Shown: positions 61,111 to 64,000 of the stretch, one piece after another
How positions within the stretch are numbered: position 1 is the first letter of the stretch
How the letters are laid out: every line of letters starts with the position of its first letter
Assembly (NCBI GenBank): GCA_003693705.1
Contig: RBZT01000500.1
Span: 62,001-126,000 of the forward strand
Direction of reading: 5' to 3'
DNA length: 64,000 nt
DNA from: Polymyxa betae A26-41
Lineage: Eukaryota > Protista > Endomyxa: Phytomyxea
Translations under genes and position numbers: made by a program
The notes under the pieces: generated by a model
Told to the model about the DNA's origin: nothing
The model's database searches: none
The model's input: only the letters and a program-made list of their open reading frames with translations

Positions 61111-64000
61111 ATGTCGGCGTCCAGGCCGCCACCCCATTCCCGGGCCATACAATCGGCCGCCCAGCGCGGCGCCTTCTCGTCGTCGAAATCGCATCGCGAC
61201 CTGGTTCGATCGTTGCGGGCACTGTCTACGTCCCTCGTCGCTTCGGCCGGCGAGTCCATCCCGAGCGCCGCCATCGCTCGCGAGCTGGCTGTTGACCACA
61301 TTTTGAAGACATCGCGTCCCGATATACATTTGAACGCCTCATTATGCGTCGTGGAGCTGTTCAAGCTATCAGCACCGACGCCGCCCTGGCACGGGCAGAC
61401 GCTGCGTGACGTCCTGCGTATGCTCGTCAAGCAGGTGGCGCTGATCGGTGACACCGAATCGGCGCAGGTCATGCTGGACCAGTTCCACATACTGGAATCG
61501 CTGGCCGTCGTCAAGATCCCGATCGTCCTGCTCAATGACGAAGGCGTCGTTGATGACGATGACGCCGAGGCCAACTTGGGTGTCCTGGTCGAGCTATTTC
61601 AGACGTCGATGCAGGTCGGTGTGATCGGGGATGGTCGTACCCGCCCTCTCGCGAGAGAAACCTGCCAGTGACGCTTGTGCTGTGATGGTGTAGATCGCAT
61701 CGCGAGGTCTTCCGCAACAGTTTGAGAACTGTATCCGTGATATGCTGTCATGTGTGCTGGAGGAGGCCGATCCGGTCCCGAAACCGCTCGTCATCGTTCT
61801 CTGTCAGACACTCGTCGATCGATCCACCGGTGATACGCGCCTGTTCCATCTCGCTTTTATCACACATTTCAGTTTTGCGATTTTGTTCGGTTTTGTTCCA
61901 GGAATGATTTCCAATAATTTTGTTGCCACCGCCGATCTCGTCGTAGACAGGCGCTTGTTGTATTTCGCAAATGTTCACATTACTCTGGTTTAGGGGCGCA
62001 ACGAAGCTGCGATCTATCGAAGCGCGTCATTCGCGAGTGCAAAGTCGTCCTTGAACCGGCCATCGCCGAAATCATCGTAATGCGATCGTATTCACCGTGT
62101 AATCGATTTTGAAGGCGATATTCTGTGCATAGTCCGAAATCGCCACAAAAAACGGCACTGAGACCACCAAGCTGCTCGGCTCGCGGTCGCGCCAGACCGA
62201 ACTCATCTACGAGCTGGCCATACTGGACCCGGGTCTGGTGCGCGGCTCCATGCACCACCTGCAGGATGCGCTCGAGTCTCCCGATGAAGACGTCCGTCTG
62301 CTGTTCGCCAAATTGTTCGGCCGGATATTCTCCAGCCCGGATTGCCAGCAGGTGGCCAATGAGGTCGTCAATTCGTTGGTGTTGCGATAGCCCATTGCGC
62401 TGACCGTGTGTGATGATCGCAGTTCTCGCTGTTGCTGAACGCGTACATGAAACGGGCCACTGATATATCGGGACGAATTCGTGAGGAGATCGTGGCGCGA
62501 TCGGGGCAGATTCTGGCCCAGGTAAACCCTAAACCCTAACTCTTCTTTAGACCCCGCGTGATGGGAGCTTCGTGTTAGGTCCCGGAAGTACGAGTCCAAC
62601 TAACAGCGATTTTATCGGAGCGGGCTCTTGATCCATGCGATAAAGTCCGCTGTGTCCTTGTGCGTGCCGAAGTCCATAATGTCGAGACCCTCTTGCAGTA
62701 ACGTGCCTGTGCTGGGCTTTATAGGTGCGATCCATCTGCGATTTGGCTCTAAACAGTCCGGAAGCCGTCGAATACTCATTGCTTGATGCCATTGGAGGTG
62801 AATCAACTGACGTTTCGGTTCTGGTTCTTGCCTATCGCTTCACTGAATAAGTTTTTTAATGTGGTGTTGGTCGTACTGCTCAATGACTGACTTCTTTTTT
62901 GTAGGGAGGCTTTTAGACAAGAAGGCATCGGTTCGCCAGGAGGCGATTCAGGGCCTTTCGTCGTTGTTTAAGGCGCACTGTAGCAGGTCAGTGATATGTA
63001 TGGGGTGGTGGGGTGCCTCTCTTACTCATTCTATACAGGTACTGGAGCGAGTCGAAACCCGTTCCTGCCAATCTCAAGAAATTCTCATGGATACCTAATA
63101 AGCTCATCTCGCTGTTTATGGTATCGCTTCCAGACAAGAGGTAACGTATTATTCCAACTTCCGTCATCTTCGTCAATGATTCGACTGGTCCTTCCACATT
63201 CACATTTCATTAATTCCGATTCATACTGTGGATGGTTTTTCTATTCTTTCTCTTTGTTACCACATTGATGCCTTGTGCGCATGACAACCTGTCTCTGAGT
63301 TCATGTTACAGCCAATCTGTCGATCATGCCATTGACTGGACAATCATTGATAAATCACTGGACGCGCGTGCTCGCACTCTGCTGTTGGTGGCCACATTCG
63401 CTACCTGTGACCAAATCCATCAGAAAGCCTTCATCAAGTAAATCCGATTCTTTTCCAAAAATATTTTTTATGATTTCTAGCTACTCTTAATTTGAAAATA
63501 GAGAGGGAGGTTTTTAATCTTTTCAAACCTCTTTCGTTTTCCTCAATTGGCGTTTCAAATTTGGTTATCTGTATGGCTGAATGTATCTGTCAGGCATTAC
63601 GTTACCGATAAACGTCAGGCGGCGTCTCTGTTGGAAGACGCCCTCTTCTTGCGAGACCGTCTTCGCGCCGCTGACAGCGATGAGGAGACGGCCTCGAAAC
63701 TGTCTCTGCAACGCGATCAGCGCCTGCAATCGCTGACCTCGTTCTTGCCCGCCTTTATCGATGTCAAATCGTTACAGGTTTGCACTGGCTGGAGACCGCA
63801 ATCCCGGTTTTACTCTGACGTTACATAGCTGCTATTCGAGGAACGAGACGGGAACATCTTCAAGTGGCTACGCTTCTGTATCGATACTGCTCGCGATACC
63901 ATCGAGGTCGATTTAGCTCTTTTTATGGATTTGTTCTGTTTTTCACTTTATTTCTATAATGTAACGAGTATTTTCTTCAATTTTTGCTTCATATGACTTT
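61111..64000 (+). CDS. PDS5: Cohesin-associated HEAT protein PDS5 (5' part; runs off the window)
   Basis: DIHLNASLCVVELFKLSAPTPPW, FHILESLA, ELIYELA, DEDVRLLFAKLFGRIFS, RALDPCDKVR, RLLDKKASVRQEAIQGLSSLF, FSWIPNKLI. Confidence 0.88.

Noticed and set aside
63141-63311. Intronic snoRNA in a longer PDS5 intron
   Set aside because: A CTGA is present, but there is no proper box C or terminal stem and no recognisable guide sequence.
1-64000. Alternative genetic code or stop read-through to explain fragmented ORFs
   Set aside because: Fragmentation in conserved genes resolves with short canonical introns.

Overview
Compact, intron-rich eukaryotic nuclear DNA. Introns are mostly ~45-60 nt GT-AG and genes are tightly packed. 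Flagellar genes plus telomere-like TT(T)(T)AGGG motifs suggest a zoosporic protist such as a phytomyxid/plasmodiophorid plant parasite; this is inference only. I reconstructed about 22 spliced genes by eye: TRM10, a Btz/CASC3-domain protein, a CBS protein, an EGF-repeat membrane protein, a GT32 glycosyltransferase, TMEM216, PIG-O, a long-chain acyl-CoA synthetase, ODA-DC2 (CCDC63/114), PLPBP, a pseudo dual-specificity phosphatase, a maspardin-like protein, TMEM237, a GNPTAB/Stealth phosphotransferase, a Tul1-type RING E3, PIG-M, a DENN protein, SF3B1, a secreted CAP/PR-1 protein, DNAI1, mitochondrial phage-type RNA polymerase and a 5' part of PDS5. Two gene-poor islands hold decayed sequence. 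The first (~16.4-20.7 kb) has a DD39D-type mariner remnant and a Ty3/gypsy remnant. The second (~35.2-39.9 kb) has an inverted pseudogene copy of ODA-DC2 and a duplicated TATA promoter with an orphan ORF. I found no tRNA, rRNA or CRISPR. I cannot support a new multi-gene system. The best leads are telomere-like repeats near intron donors, recurrent two-copy tandem duplications in promoters, a shared promoter module, an animal-like GNPTAB with its S1P cleavage site, and several enzymes with substituted catalytic residues. Exon boundaries and starts are manual estimates.
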